Source: the human T2T-CHM13v2.0 reference genome, Homo sapiens. From it: a DNA stretch of 64,000 nucleotides. The stretch lies in the NCBI RefSeq assembly GCF_009914755.1, contig NC_060940.1; one strand, given 5' to 3'. Shown here in pieces: positions 16,500-32,538 of this stretch (positions within the stretch are counted from its first letter, which is position 1; each line of letters starts with the position of its first letter). The notes under the pieces were generated by a model. The model saw nothing but the letters and a program-made list of their open reading frames with translations, did not search any database and was not told where the DNA came from. A program made the position numbers and the translations under genes.

Positions 16500-17070
16500 T
16501 TGATGCTCGCGGACTCTTGGATTCGAGGCTGCGGTAGTACGGACAAACACCGTGCAGCGGCATCTCATCTCCGCCAACAGCCGGCGACCAAGTGGGCAGG
16601 CCGGGAGAGGGCGGGCGGAAGAGGCGTGGCCGCCGCTACTGCGCACGTGCACCCAACCAGAACCTGGGGGTGGTGCCGGGCCTTCCCCGCTGCGCGGAGG
16701 CGTCCTCTCAACCCTTCTGCCCGGCGACTGGTGGGTTGGCGGCTAAGGGGCGGAGACAAGAGGGGCCGCCACCATCTCCTCCAATGGAAGGGAGACAGGG
16801 GCGGGCTTAATGACGGAAGGAGCATGGCGTGGAGACACCTGAAAGTGAGTCCCGCGAGTGAGCAGTGTGGATGGGGGACCAGGGACCGGGGAGGGCGAGA
16901 ACGGAGAGTCAGGCCGGGCGAGGCATGGACCGAAGGCGGCTCCGGGAGTGTGGGCCCCCCTGGGACGTGTGCGTGTTTCCGGGGGCTCCTGCAAATGCTC
17001 GTGCGTGTGCATTTGCACGTGGACTCGGTCAGGCGTGTGCAGACAGCGCCTGCAGGTCTGGGTGGGTGCT
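16500..17070 (+). promoter_or_regulatory. CpG-island promoter of DHODH with E-boxes and GC boxes
   Basis: High CpG density; CACGTG at 16644-16649 (within an NRF1-like TGCGCACGTGCA) and at 17016-17021; several GGGCGG. Confidence 0.85.
16824..16844 (+). CDS. DHODH: DHODH coding exon 1 (MAWRHLK; Lys at codon 7)
   Basis: agcATGGCGTGGAGACACCTGAAA followed by gtgagt, inside a CpG island. Confidence 0.97.
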
Positions 17071-17280
17071 GATCTGAGTGTCTGCGCCTGGGCCATGTTT
17101 TTGAGCCTGGCACAGGGGTGCTTAGTGAACACATGACCGCCTAGCGTTGTGTGCCGGATCCAACGGGGAATGAAACTAGAGTAGGACATGCTCCCAACCC
17201 TTTTAGGTAAAGTTTTGTTAGGGGCGGGGGTCTCTGTGAAAAGTTCTTAGCTGTATCCCCGTATGTAATAGGTGTTCAGA

Positions 17281-17591
<311 letters not shown>

Positions 17592-17658
17592 AATAGGTGT
17601 TCAGATATTTGTTGATTGACATGGTGGGGGGGAGTACAGTCTCCAAGGGAGGCAATGA

Positions 17659-17958
<300 letters not shown>

Positions 17959-18784
17959 TGAGTCTCTTTTTAAAATAAATAAATGGAGAGAGATGGGATC
18001 TCACTGTGTTGCCCAGGCTGGTCTAGAACTATTGGCCTCAAGGGATCTTCCCGCCTCAGCCTCCCAAAGTGGTGGGATTACAGGCGTGGGCTACCGCGCC
18101 CAGCCAATGAATACTTGATCTACATGTCTTTAGCAGTTTGGAAGGATCCTTAAAAGCAAATCTGATCATGTCATTTCCTGGCTTAGGGAACAAAACCCAA
18201 ATCTTTATTTTGGCCAAGACTCCTGCTCCTTTCTCCTGCCTCGTCTTAAGCCTTACTTTCCCTCACTCCTCTGTTCCAAACTTTCTCCCTTTTTCATTCT
18301 CTTCTGCTACTGAGAGAGCCTTTACACTTTTTCCTCTCCGTACTGCCTTCTGGTTAACTATTTTTTTAAATAATTGAACCAGAATAGGTTCAGAGAGACC
18401 CCCATCAACTCGTTTATCCCTTGAGTATCAGCTTTAAGTCATTTCCTTAAGGAAGCCTTTCCTTACCTCTAAGATTAGGTTGAATACTTCCATTACCTTA
18501 TACTTTTTATCCTTCATCACAGTTGCTATGACTACATATTTGCATGATCATTAATTTCTGTCTGTCGCTTCATAAGATCACACTCTCCATGAGGGTAGGG
18601 GCAAGATCTGTTTTGTCATCTTTGCTCAATCAGTATTTGATGAATGACTGAACTAATGAATGAATAACTCAGCATGTGGCAGTGATAGAGAAAAGCATTG
18701 TGAACCACTTTTGATCCAATAAGATCTGAAGCTTCTGTTTTATATTTTACACCCCCGTTACCTTGAAATGGAATATATGTATAA

Positions 18785-19111
<327 letters not shown>

Positions 19112-20107
19112 TAATACCCTAACTGGAATATAAAGGAGAAAATGTAAAAGTAGTTTATATTAATAATAAAATTACATGTATTTCAGTATGTAAATATTGC
19201 TATGACTCCCCTAGTGAGATAGTTGTGTTTAAGTCTCTACTTAGAAATGCAGGTACACAGGTGTGTTACATATCAGGCACCCCAGGAAAGCACTGTACCA
19301 TTCCCGATGAGATTTTCTGAAATGGTGAACAATTCTTGGGAATGTTCTATGTGAAACTGTACAGTTGTCCCTCAATTTACAAGATATTTGTACTGTATGT
19401 GAAAACCATGTAGAGGCTGGGCACGGTGGCTCATGCCTGTAATCCCAGCACTTTGGGAGGCCAAAGCAGGAGTACTGCTTGAGCCTAAGGGTTCAAGACC
19501 AGCCTGGGCAACATAAAGAGGCTCTATCTCTTCAAAAAATTGGCTGGGCTTGGTGGCATGTGCCTGTGGTCCCAGTTACTTGGGGAGGCTGAGGAGGGGA
19601 GGATTGCTTGAGACCAGGAGGTCAGGAAAGACAGTTTGTGTTTATGTGGTAAAATATAGTTTGGCTTAGATAATATGAACGGATAATTTTTACCCACACA
19701 AATGTCAGAATGTTCAAAAGTCACACAGGAAATGGGGCAGTTCATGTCAGATAGTCTCAAGCCAAGAAGGATGTCTGACTTTATGGATTCCTGCCCACCA
19801 CATCTATTAGCATTACCCTGTCACTGTAACCAGTAGCAGTGTCCACCACGATCACCCTAGGGGACAGTACTGTCCCTCTTTAAATTTCTGGCCTGGAGTC
19901 CCAGGACAGCCTTTAGGGCCTGAAGAAGGTGTGTAGGCAGAAGTATAGATACAGCCTCTGACTGTAGAGACCAGTGTCAGCGGAAGGCTAAGGGCGTCTG
20001 TTTCATGTGACCTGCCGTTATGCCCTCTGTGTACCTGGGTGTGAAGGGCTCAGGAAGGGTGCTGCAGCCTGGCCTGGGGGACCCCCCTAATATGCTCTTT
20101 TTTGCAG

Positions 20108-20320
20108 AAGCGGGCCCAGGATGCTGTGATCATCCTGGGGGGAGGAGGACTTCTCTTCGCCTCCTACCTGATGGCCACGGGAGATGAGCGTTTCTATGCT
20201 GAACACCTGATGCCGACTCTGCAGGGGCTGCTGGACCCGGAGTCAGCCCACAGACTGGCTGTTCGCTTCACCTCCCTGGGGCTCCTTCCACGGGCCAGAT
20301 TTCAAGACTCTGACATGCTG
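20108..20320 (+). CDS. DHODH: DHODH exon 2 (rest of targeting signal, transmembrane anchor, quinone-tunnel helices)
   Basis: ttttgcag/AAG...CTG/gtagtg; [36 protein letters not shown]...SDML; 213 nt. Confidence 0.97.
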
Positions 20321-22455
20321 GTAGTGCTCCCAGACACCCTATACATTAAATACAAAGGCGAAGGCTGCAGTCCCCTAAACTTCTCAGCTGGGACTGATCT
20401 TTTTGAAAACCAGAACCCCAAGTGAGCAGTGGGGATTTGGAATTCAGTCTGAGCATTATTATTTTATGTCATGTAATTAGCAACGATGATTATCTATTAC
20501 GTATATGGGATTGTGTTAGGCGGTGTTCTTGTTTGATCCTCCCAGCTGCTCCATGAGCTGGATCCTGTTACCATCCCCAGCCATGGATCAGGAAACTGAG
20601 GAACAGATTAGCAACATAAAGGAACTCAAGTCACACAGCTAGGAGGTAGCAGGACCAGGATTCAAACCCACAGAGTCTGACGCTGGCTTCCCGCCCCTTG
20701 GCCACTGTCCTGCCTTGCTGAGGTCGTGGGTAGCTCAGTCTTCCCCTCAGCTAAATGGGGAAGCTGCCAGAGTCATTAAGCACTGGTGAGAGGCAGGAGC
20801 ATCGTGTCCCAGCCTCACTCAGCCACGTGTTCAGCACACGGGCCCTCTCCATATGCTTGAAATCTTTGGCCTAGAGTCCCAGGAAAGCCTCTAGGGCAGG
20901 AAGAGGGTGTGTAGGCAGAAGTGTAGATACAGCCTCTGACTGCAGAGGCCAGTGTCAGCGGAAGGCTAAGGGCCTCTGTTTCATGTGACCTTCCGGGCTT
21001 AGTGCAGCAAACCGAATAAAAGAGTCCCCATCCTCATGGAAGCTGCTTCCTCATGGAAGCCTTGGCAGTTTCCTTTCGAGAGGCTTCTTACCAAATGGGA
21101 GGACATCAGAATGATGAGTGTGAAAATGCAAACAAGAAGCCCTCAGAACTCTGGTGGGAAGGGTCACTGTTATAAATTAAAGGGGCCTTCACCGCATTTT
21201 CTCTTCCTACCTTAGACTCCTCTTCACTATCTGATTATATGGTGTTGAGCAGACGTGTCATTTCCCCTGACTGGCCATGCTCACACACTAACAGGCACTG
21301 TAGGCTCAGAAAGAGCACTCCGTTAAGGTGTCCTCACCTCAGACTGCTAGTTTGAGAGCCCTGGAACCAGTGTAAAATGGGAGTGAATAATGAGTGGGGT
21401 GCAGAGATGGGGTGAATTTAGAAGGAAGTGCGGGGTGCCTGAGGGTGCAAGCTGTGTCTGTATAAACACAGATGACAGAGACAGGCAAACCTGACCTCTG
21501 AGGTGTTGTCCTCAACACCTCTGCGTGGGCCCACACTTGCAGCAGCTCATTTAGAATGTGACTCAGACTTTTTAACCGGTAACCAGGATTCTTGATTTCA
21601 CAACTTTCCTGGTTTGGCTCTCCACCCTTCACCTATGTCAGGCATGTTAGAATCCCCCGGGGGTGCACTTGGAATATTCAGATGCCCTGGCCTGGTGCCA
21701 GACCAGTTTCACCGCCACATCTGAGAGCAGGACCTGAAAGCTGCCAGGGGCCTTTGTGGTGCAGCTGGAGCTGAGAACCACGGTCCTGGAGGAAGGCCCC
21801 TACACATCTTGCCTACCAGTCTCCTGAGGTGCTGTGAGCATTCTCACCTTCATTTGTTGCTCTTCCTTCTTGGAGCATCTCTCTTAATCCCCTGCTTCCA
21901 GGATCCGACGGTGTTCACCCCGGGAGGCCTTTGCTAGTCTCCTGAAAGGTCGCTGGAGCCCATCAGTCAGTTCTGCCCAGCTGAACATCTTCCTTCCTCT
22001 GGTTCCCCGTGGGAGGCTGGGGGACGTGGCTGGGGCTTCTTGCCAGCCCGGATGAGGAGGGACACAGCTGGAGCTGATGTTTATTAAGCTGATTAAAGGG
22101 TTTTGCTGCTTGACACGCCTTGGTTTCAGGGAAGCACTATCTAGGGCCTGACACCAGCGAGCTACTCCCTCCCACCAAGGCTAGTTGATAAGAAGGTATG
22201 AACCTTAACCACAATTGGAAAAGACAGTGCTCGTCTCCGCTTCAACCCACGGTGGAAACACCATTTCTCCCCCCAGGCTTGCTAATAATAAAGCCCCGTG
22301 GTTTTCAAACTCTAGCTGGTGTCACAGTCCCCTGGAGAGCCAGCACTGTTAAAAATAGTTCCCCCAGTGCTCCATTCCACCCCCAAAGATTTTGACCTTG
22401 GGGGTGGGCCCTGGGATCTGAGGTTTCACAAGCTTCCCAGGTCATTCTGATGTAG

Positions 22456-22731
<276 letters not shown>

Positions 22732-23077
22732 TAGGTGAGCGGCCCAGAGTTAACGGGGGATGCCCTCTTTCCAGCTGGGGGCGTTCAGAGATATAAGATC
22801 TGCCTCTGTTTTTTTTCTCTCATACAATGTGGACATTCTTCTGTCATTTGGAATGTTCAGGAACCCTGTTCAGCATCTACTATGTGCCCCAGGCATCTAT
22901 CTTGAAAAGCATGCTTTGTTACGTCCATTTAACAGTTGGGTAGATGGAGGCTCATAGAGCTAAATAACTCCGCTTCGGTCACGGAGATAATAAGCAGGAG
23001 AGCTTGGGCATGGCCTGGGCTTATTGGACTTGAGAGTTTGTGCTCTGTCCATGTTGTTTCTCCAATGCTCTTACTCG

Positions 23078-23400
23078 ACACTGTCCAGGAGAAATGTAAT
23101 GTGAGCCCCATATGTAATTTAAAGTACTCTAGTGACCACATTAACACAGTAAACAGAAATGAGTGAAGTTAATACTTACTTAAAATTATAATTTATATTT
23201 AATGTTACAAGTATTTAAAAAAACGTATATTTAAAACACCATAAAAAGTATTAATTCGCTGTTTTTACCTTCTTTTGCCTGTACCAAGTCTTCAAGAGCC
23301 AGTGTGCATTTTACTTCCAGCACCTCTCCCTTTGGACCAGCTGCATTCCCAGCAGCCAGTAGCCACATGCGGCCAGCAGGCTTGTATTGGCTAGCACAGC
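23078..23400 (+). mobile_element. MER33/MER3-type hAT MITE
   Basis: cactgtcca...catatgtaatttaaag...ctagtgaccacattaa...gtagccacatgcggccagcaggc...gcacagc. Confidence 0.65.
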
Positions 23401-25081
23401 CCCAGCCTTTAGCAAACAGGGAAATGTAATATTCAACATGCACAGCTGCTCTTAGTAAGAGAAATCCTTCTAGACTGTATAAAGCCCTTCCCTTTGTCAT
23501 CCCTGGGCAATTTTTACTACAGCAAACCCAAAAGGTGAAGAAGTGCTTACTTTTTGGTAAGAGGATTTTGAAGAGCCTCCTTGGGGAGATTTCGATGGGC
23601 ATCTTTGGGGCCACTGGTGGCCTCCTGGGAGACGGACCTGTAGGACATTTACTTGGCCGTGCTTCCTGCTTTCTTGTGCTTGTTTCAGGGAAATTCTCCA
23701 GCATTAGAGATCAAGTTATTGATCTTTCTGCTGCATTGCAGGTGGGGATCAATATCTTCAGAATTGGCCAGGCAAAATACATTTGCTTAACATTCAGCTG
23801 CTACAGATAACTGCAGGTGCTGGGATGATGGTACTTGGTGAATCCTATAGGTGAGCAGGGGTGTGAGATCCTGCTCTGAGCCCTGTGTGTGCGGCCTCCT
23901 GGTTGTGTGGCATGTGGTAAGTGTGTAGTAAACACTTAATGAATGGGTGAAGTTATGAAGTCATCAGATATGTGTGCCAGTGTGTCTGTTATTATGGATG
24001 CTTTTGGCTCTAACAAAGTGGCTTAAACAACAGGCACATTTGATATTATTTTCTTCTCATAACAGGTGCAATGGGCAGGTCCAGGGTTGGTTGAGCACCA
24101 GGGCAGTGTTGAGACTCTGGTCCAACTTCTCTGGGCGTTTTCTTTTTGCTTGTCAGAGAGCGACCTCGGCTGCAAGTATTATGTTCTTACACGGACGCCC
24201 AAGAGCAGAAAGGAAAAAGGGCAGGGATGTTCTCAGAGGCTCCCAGTAGGTCTCACTTGTGTCTCAGTGTCTACACTTGGCATACACTTACGCTTCCCTT
24301 GCCAGCAAGGCTGGGAAAGGAGTCATTAGCATTTTTACCCTGTATCAGGGCAGGTGGGTTTCACTGGCAAAGAGGAAGAGGAAGGGGACTGGCCACTAGG
24401 TCAAAACCCACAGTGGGGCTGGGGATACAGGGATGAAAGAGAGATGAGGCTCCTGCCTTCAGGGAGTGTCTAGTGACAGTGACAGAGGGATGAGAGAAGT
24501 ATGAGATGTTGCTCACCCTCAAGAAGATTGTAACCTAGGGACCTTAAGCATATATGTATGTATCTATCCCAAGCCAGGAGAAAGGTGGGGCCAAAGCTCT
24601 GTATGAAGGCCAGGGGGATGAGGGATCCTTTGCAGCTGTGAGCTCTGTGCAGGAGGAGAGGGAGCGTTTGCTCTGAGCTAGGAAGAGAGGTGATTTTCAG
24701 ACAGAAAGCCTAGAGAGATGGAGTGGCTGCAGGGGCTTCAGGAGGCTGTTTGGGAGCCCAGGCAGAAGGTGGCAAGTGAGTGTGCAATTCTCAGAGAGTG
24801 GCTGGGTAAGGAGTGGGGATCCAGCAGGTCTGGGGCAGCTGCTGCTGAGTCTGGGCTGTTTCCAGTGCTAGCTGGCTGAGCATTTGCAAATTTTAATCTT
24901 TCCCTGGGTATTGGATGGTGTTCTGGCAAGTTCTCTAGGAGTCCCAGTGGTGTTTAGACCCTGGAAGTGTAAGAACTGACTGTGATTTTTTTTTTTCTCT
25001 TGTTTGAAAAAGTCCTAAGTGTATGGGAAGTGGCTATGGTGCCCTCTCACTCTGCCCCTCCCGTGTGCTTGTGCTCTGCAG

Positions 25082-25164
25082 GTATGGATTTAACAGTCAC
25101 GGGCTTTCAGTGGTGGAACACAGGTTACGGGCCAGACAGCAGAAGCAGGCCAAGCTCACAGAAG
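25082..25164 (+). CDS. DHODH: DHODH exon 4
   Basis: ctgcag/GTATGG...GAAG/gtaaag; [27 protein letters not shown]; 83 nt. Confidence 0.96.
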
Positions 25165-25859
25165 GTAAAGTGGGGTTGTGTCAGTGGGCCTTTCTTATTT
25201 ATTAGGAGGAAACGTGGGAGAAATGCTGGGAACATTTCTAGTGAAATAAACATGATTGAGCAATAGCAAAAACCACTGAGGACCTCAGGACACCTCTCCT
25301 AGAGCGATTTTCCTGGTCCCACACAGCTTCCAAGAGTTTAACTGGATTTTGCAATTTAGCAAATACTCACTTTGCCTCTGCCTTGTTATGTAACCTGTTA
25401 CCGTAACTAGGGAGGCCTGAAAGCAAGCGAAGCAAAGCGGCTGGGCAATGATCACACAGGCAATGAGGGCAGGAGCAGGACTTGAATGTCATCCTCCCGT
25501 GGCCCACTCTGTCCTCCCTTTTTTGTCGTCCATTGTGTAAATAATGTTCATTAATTATAGAAGACTTAGTAAATACAGAGAAGCGTAAAGAAAGAATGTT
25601 CAAGAAACAGATACTCCTCCCTACTCAAGGCTAACTAATATTAGCATTTGGGAAAATATTCTTCATGAGTTGTTTTGGAAACTCATTTTTGGTTCGGGAC
25701 AGTTCACACCTGTAATCTCAATACTTTGGGTGCCCAAGTTGGGAGGATCACTTGAACTCAGGAGTTTAAGACCAGCCTGGGCAACATGGTGAGATCCCAT
25801 TTCTCTAAAAAAACCAAAAACAACATGCTTTTTTTTTTTTTTTTTTTTTTTTTTTTTGA

Positions 25860-26048
<189 letters not shown>

Positions 26049-27048
26049 TAGCCAGGATGGTCTCGATTTCCTGACCTGGTGATCCGCCTGCCTCGGCCTC
26101 CCAAAGTGCTGGGATTACAGGCGTGAGCCACCGCGCCTGGCCACAACATGCATTTTTGAAGACGCCTCCGGCGATGCGGTGTTCTCTGTGGCCTCTGCCT
26201 CACTTGCTCTCAGGATGCACTTAGTGGTCGCAGCCCTCTGTTGTCCTGACCCTAATGCCCCTGGGACCCTCTGGGATTGTGTGGGGTTGTGGCTCAGTAG
26301 CGACCATTTTCTTCTTTGGGTCCCTCTGAAACTCCTTCCAGGATGTCTTAGTCTCAGATAGTCCTGGTAGCAGGATGAAGAAACCAATGGATATGGGATT
26401 CATTTCAGGAAGTGAGGTGGAAAGGGCTGAGGCACTCAGCAGTGTCAGATTTGGGGAATAGGAAATTATCTTTTGGAAACCCCTGGGTTGGGTGGAACCA
26501 GACCCCGCTGTACTGCAGAGCCGCCCACCTGGGGAGCTTTGGAGGTCATCACAGGACTTGCATGGTTTGTGATGCTTGCCCGCCTTCGTGCTTGCTTTTT
26601 CTTCTCCTCGGTGTCTGCAGTGCAGTGTCCTGGCTTTATCTCCTGTTCTTCCTCACCCAGCCCTCCCTCCCTGTGGCCCTCCTGGTCTACGGAGTGAAGC
26701 GGAGCCTGCAGCAGTGCTCTGCACGGATGTGTCTGCCAGCAGCTTAGGGGCCTTCATGGCAGCTTGTTGTTAGCACCATGCCAAGGAACACGCGTTGACA
26801 AAAGCTTTGGTGCCCTCTGGGGACAGAGTAATCCAGCAATTTCTGTCTAACTCCCAAATCTTGTCAGTTTGGGCAGATGACTCCTAATCCGTTAGCTACA
26901 TGAAAGTGATATTCTCCTTCAAGTCAGTTTACTTGTGAGGAAAAGAATTCAAGCTTACAGATGATCTTGGCTTGATGGGTGCTAGACTGGGAAGCTTGGA
27001 GACCTTATGATAAACCTTTTGTCTAATTGGATTCTTTGTTTCTTTTGA

Positions 27049-27183
<135 letters not shown>

Positions 27184-27186
27184 TGA

Positions 27187-27336
<150 letters not shown>

Positions 27337-28387
27337 TGATCCCCTCCTCCAGTCCCCACCCTGGAAAGTAGCTACACTCATCTCATTTGCTGATGATGCG
27401 AGAGTGTGATTGGGGTTGGGAAGGTGGTGAGCAGTACAATAGATGTTGTTTGATCCTCTCTGGCCTGACAACACATTTTGTGAGCTACTTGGTGTTCTAA
27501 TTCTTCCCCCAACTCTCAGATCAAAAGTACAGCCTGTACCATTGATGTACCACTCCCCGTGCAGATAAGATAGTAAACTTAGAAGAAGTCAAGTAGAGAC
27601 AACCCGTTTCTTTTACACATAGTGTGTTTCTGAAAATGTATTTTTTCTGGAGGTCCAAAATGCAAGTCCATTGATAGTCCTGTGGATTTTTAAGTAAGCT
27701 GACCTAATTGCTTACATGTAAACTGAGACCCTCTTGAGAGTAAAAAGGGGCAGGTGTTAACAATGATGCCCAGGCTAGGGGAGTAATCAGGTTGTCCAGG
27801 GAGCACCTAAGATACAGGGTACCCTCAGTTATTATATGAGGGAGAGTCCCTTTCCTCAGAGAACTAAAATTATAAGTTAGAAAACAATTACACCTCTACA
27901 TTTTAGGCATGATAATTGAAAACATTTGGCCGGGCATGGTGGCTCACGCCTGTAATCCTAACACTCTGGAAGGCCAAGGCAAGCGGATCATTTGAGGTCA
28001 GGGGTTTGAGACCAGCCTGGCCAACATGGTGAAACCCCTTCTCTACTAAAAATACAAAAATTAGGCCGGTTGCAGTGGCTCACGCCTGTAATCCCAGCAC
28101 TTTGGGAGGCTGAGGTGGGCAGATCATGAGGTCTGGAGATGGAGACCATCCTGGCCAACATGGTGAAACCCCATCTCTACTAAAAATACAAAAATTAGCT
28201 GGGCGTGGTGGCACATGCGTGTAATCCCAGCTACTCAGGAGGCTGAGACAGGAGAATTGCTTGAATTCAGGGGACGGAGGTTGCAGTGAGCCAAGATTGT
28301 GCCACCACATTCCAGCCTGGGCAACAGTGAGACTCCATCTCAAAAAAAAAAACAAAAAACATTTTCCAGTATATATATATGTGTATA

Positions 28388-28434
<47 letters not shown>

Positions 28435-29156
28435 CTTTTTTTTGAGACAGAGTCTTGCTCTGCTCCTTAGGCTGGAGTGCAGTGGCGCGATCACGGTTCA
28501 TTGGAGCCTCAATCCTACTTCAGCCTCCCGAGCAGCTAGGACTACAGGTGTGCACCACTGCTCCCGGCTGAGTTTTCAATTATAGAGATAGGGTTTCACC
28601 ATGTTGCCCAGACTGGTCTTGAATTCCTGGGCTCAAGCAATCCTCTGCCCTTGACCACCCAAAGTGCTGGGATTATAGGCGTGAGCCACCGCACCTGGCC
28701 TGTTTTTCAGTATTTTATACATGTTCTTTCATTTTGTTTTTTCTTCGCAACTGTACATCCAGTCAACCGAGCCAAGGCCAACAAGCATTCCTTGAGGTGA
28801 GAGTTGCGGGCCTGATGTGCCTACTGAGTTCTCTCTGTTCTCAGTTTTATTCAATTTATGAGGCCCATCTTTTGCCCCACAAGTATTTGCAGTAATTTGT
28901 CCATTTTCCATGAAAATTTTAAAAATAAAAAGGGCAAAATGCAGCAAAACATCCTCGTAGCTGCCCAGACTTTGCTAGACAAAGCCAGTGAGTGGTTTTG
29001 GTCAGCAGGCGGGCCCAGGCCGCAGTTGAGCACCTGTCAGCCGGTGTCGGGCAGGTCAGGTTTGGAGGGAAGGCCTGCGCGGCTGTCCACAGGTGGTTTG
29101 GTCAAGGGCAGCCTCAGAAGGTGGCACAGGAAATGGTGTGCGGGGTGCAGGCCTGA

Positions 29157-29465
<309 letters not shown>

Positions 29466-30410
29466 TAGCACCTAGACCAGTAGGACCCCTGGCTATACCT
29501 TCCCAGAGTCCCCTCTGATCCCCTCTCATGACACTGATTATATGCGACGGTGACAAATTATCTGTCCCTGCTGCTATAAATCACGGGGTCTGTAAGAGCA
29601 GACACCACGTCTCTCTCATTTGTCACTCTGACCCTAGCGCCCAGAGCTCTGAGTGAACTGAAGGACTTCATCACCCAGTACCTGTGGTAATATTTCCTGG
29701 TTATCTTTTAGGAATAAAAGTCTAAAAAACGTTGGACACCGTGGCTCATGCCTGTAATACCAGCACTATGGGAGGCCAAGGCAGGTGGATCACTTATAGC
29801 CCAGGAATTTGAGACCAGCCTGGGCAAAAGAGCAAGACCCTGTCTCTACAAAAATTTAAAAATTAGCCAGGCACAGTGGCTCAAGCCTATAGCCCCAGCT
29901 ACTTGGAGGCCGAGGCAGGCAGATCACTTGAGCTCAGGAGCTGACCAGCCTGGGCAACTTGGCAAAACCCCATCTTACAAGAAATACAGAAATTAGCTGG
30001 GCATGGTGGTGCACACCTGTAGTCCCTGATACTCTGGAGGCTGAAGTGGAAGGATCGCCTGAGCCCAGGGAGGTGCAGGCTACAGTGAGCCGTGATCATG
30101 CTACTACACTCCAGTGTGGGTGACAGAGTGCGACCTTGTCTCAAAAAAAAAAAAAAAAAAAGAAAAGAAAAGTCTAAAACACCCTTGAGCTATTAGCCAA
30201 TGTCCACGGGATCCCTTGGCCTAAAAGAATGGAATCGGATCCATCTCGACTGTACTCCTCACGTCTGAGGGCTGGCTTTCCTGAAAAGAAATTGTTTCTG
30301 CTTTAGTTTGATCGCTATTGTGGAAACCCACTGACCTGCAGCGTAGGTCACAGCTGCACTGCAGGGCTGTGGTCTGCGGGGTCCCCAGCTCTGGCCGTGT
30401 GTCGCCCTAG

Positions 30411-30527
<117 letters not shown>

Positions 30528-31072
30528 TGAGTCGGGGCCTGGGCCCAGGGTGTGCCTCCCATGGTCTGCAGAGGCCGTTTGGCCAGCTGGGCTAGCCCAG
30601 AATGGCGTTCTTTGTGATTTCCTCTCCTTGGTATTCAAGGCTGGTTTGGTGTGTGTCATGGTGTAACTCACCCTGTGGTCAAAAGCGAATGTTGGAATAA
30701 GTGCTTGAAGGAGTTTTTCTAATGCCTCTTCCTCTCTTTTGTCAACTGCATCCAGCAAGTTTAAGGCTTGAGCTTGGCTCCTTGGCCAGTCTTGACTGGG
30801 ACTGAAAATTCTTTCTCTCACTCCTCTCTCCAGCCTGTCTGGACAGCGGGTCTCTGTGGCATAGGAGAGTAGTGGAAACAGACTGAGCCCGGCCATCGTG
30901 GGTTCAGATCCTGGTTCCACCACTTACTACCTGGGGGCCTCAGACAAGACACTGTAATTGGGTTGTTGTAAGGACTGGACCCTGTCCTAGGGGAATGTTG
31001 TGGGTGGTCAGCGTGTGATGGCTGCTGTCGTCATGTTATGGCTCATTCTAAAACTTGTTGAGGAAAAGATGA

Positions 31073-31444
<372 letters not shown>

Positions 31445-31479
31445 TAATCTGTCTTGATTGTGGGGGACTCTGGGGCTGA

Positions 31480-31683
<204 letters not shown>

Positions 31684-32193
31684 TGAGTGAGGTCATGTGT
31701 GGCTTGAAACAGAAGTTAGGCAGAGGTTCATTTAGATCACTCAAGTCAACGAGATACTGTTGATCTGTTTCTTATTCATTCAAAAAGGAGTTGAGGGGTA
31801 CACTCTGAAGGGGAGAGAAATTCTGGGTTACTCTTTTGATGAAGGACAAACAATGCCAAGGAGAACTGAGGATTAACCTCCAAGGCAATGGTGTTTCTAA
31901 GGTGGAGTTGTCCATTTGCTCAAGGGAGGGGAGCCTGAGGAATCCCATCAGCATTCCCATTAATTAAGCAACACTGGTTCAATGTTGGGAGCTGTCAATA
32001 CTTAAAAGCAATTTCCTTCCTGCTCTGTTCCTACCTGGGTAGAAATATCCCTAGGTCTCTGGGTGAAGAGTGTAGAGGAAACCAGATGTGCCTGGGCCGG
32101 GATGATGCGTTTCTGGGTGAACGTGGGCTTCCTGTAAGAGCAGGGCCTGTTCTCCACTGTTTGCTGAAATTGCTTTGTTTGCTCTTTTTCCAG

Positions 32194-32248
32194 AGAGCAG
32201 GGCTTTGGCGGAGTCACAGATGCCATTGGAGCAGATCATCGGAGGTGA
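32194..32248 (+). CDS. DHODH: DHODH exon 9 coding part and stop codon
   Basis: ttccag/A GAG CAG...CGG AGG TGA; the nine exons sum to 1188 nt (395 aa plus stop). Confidence 0.96.
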
Positions 32249-32532
32249 GGACAGCGTCTGACGGGAAGCCTGATCTGGAACCTTCCCAAGGACTCAGGCA
32301 AGCCTTTGTGGCTGGATCATGAGAGGAGGGACTCCATCTTGAGCCATGTCCCCCAGCCATGGCATGGCTGCACTGTAAACGCCAATCGGGGGGTCACCAG
32401 GATCAACCGCAGGCTTTCTTCAGTCCCTTGGTCAGACCATAAACTGCATTTTTGATTCTTTGTGGATTCAAACCCTAGGATCCATCAGTCTTGCAAGGAC
32501 ATTGAATATTAGGAGGAAAAAGTCATGGAAAA

Positions 32533-32538
32533 AATAAA
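32533..32538 (+). promoter_or_regulatory. Candidate proximal poly(A) signal of DHODH
   Basis: AATAAA 285 nt after the stop codon; longer 3' UTRs are not excluded. Confidence 0.5.

Noticed and set aside
16485-17189. Several 150-195 aa ORFs on both strands
   Set aside because: Expected stop-codon scarcity in a GC-rich CpG island; only the 21-nt DHODH exon 1 is supported
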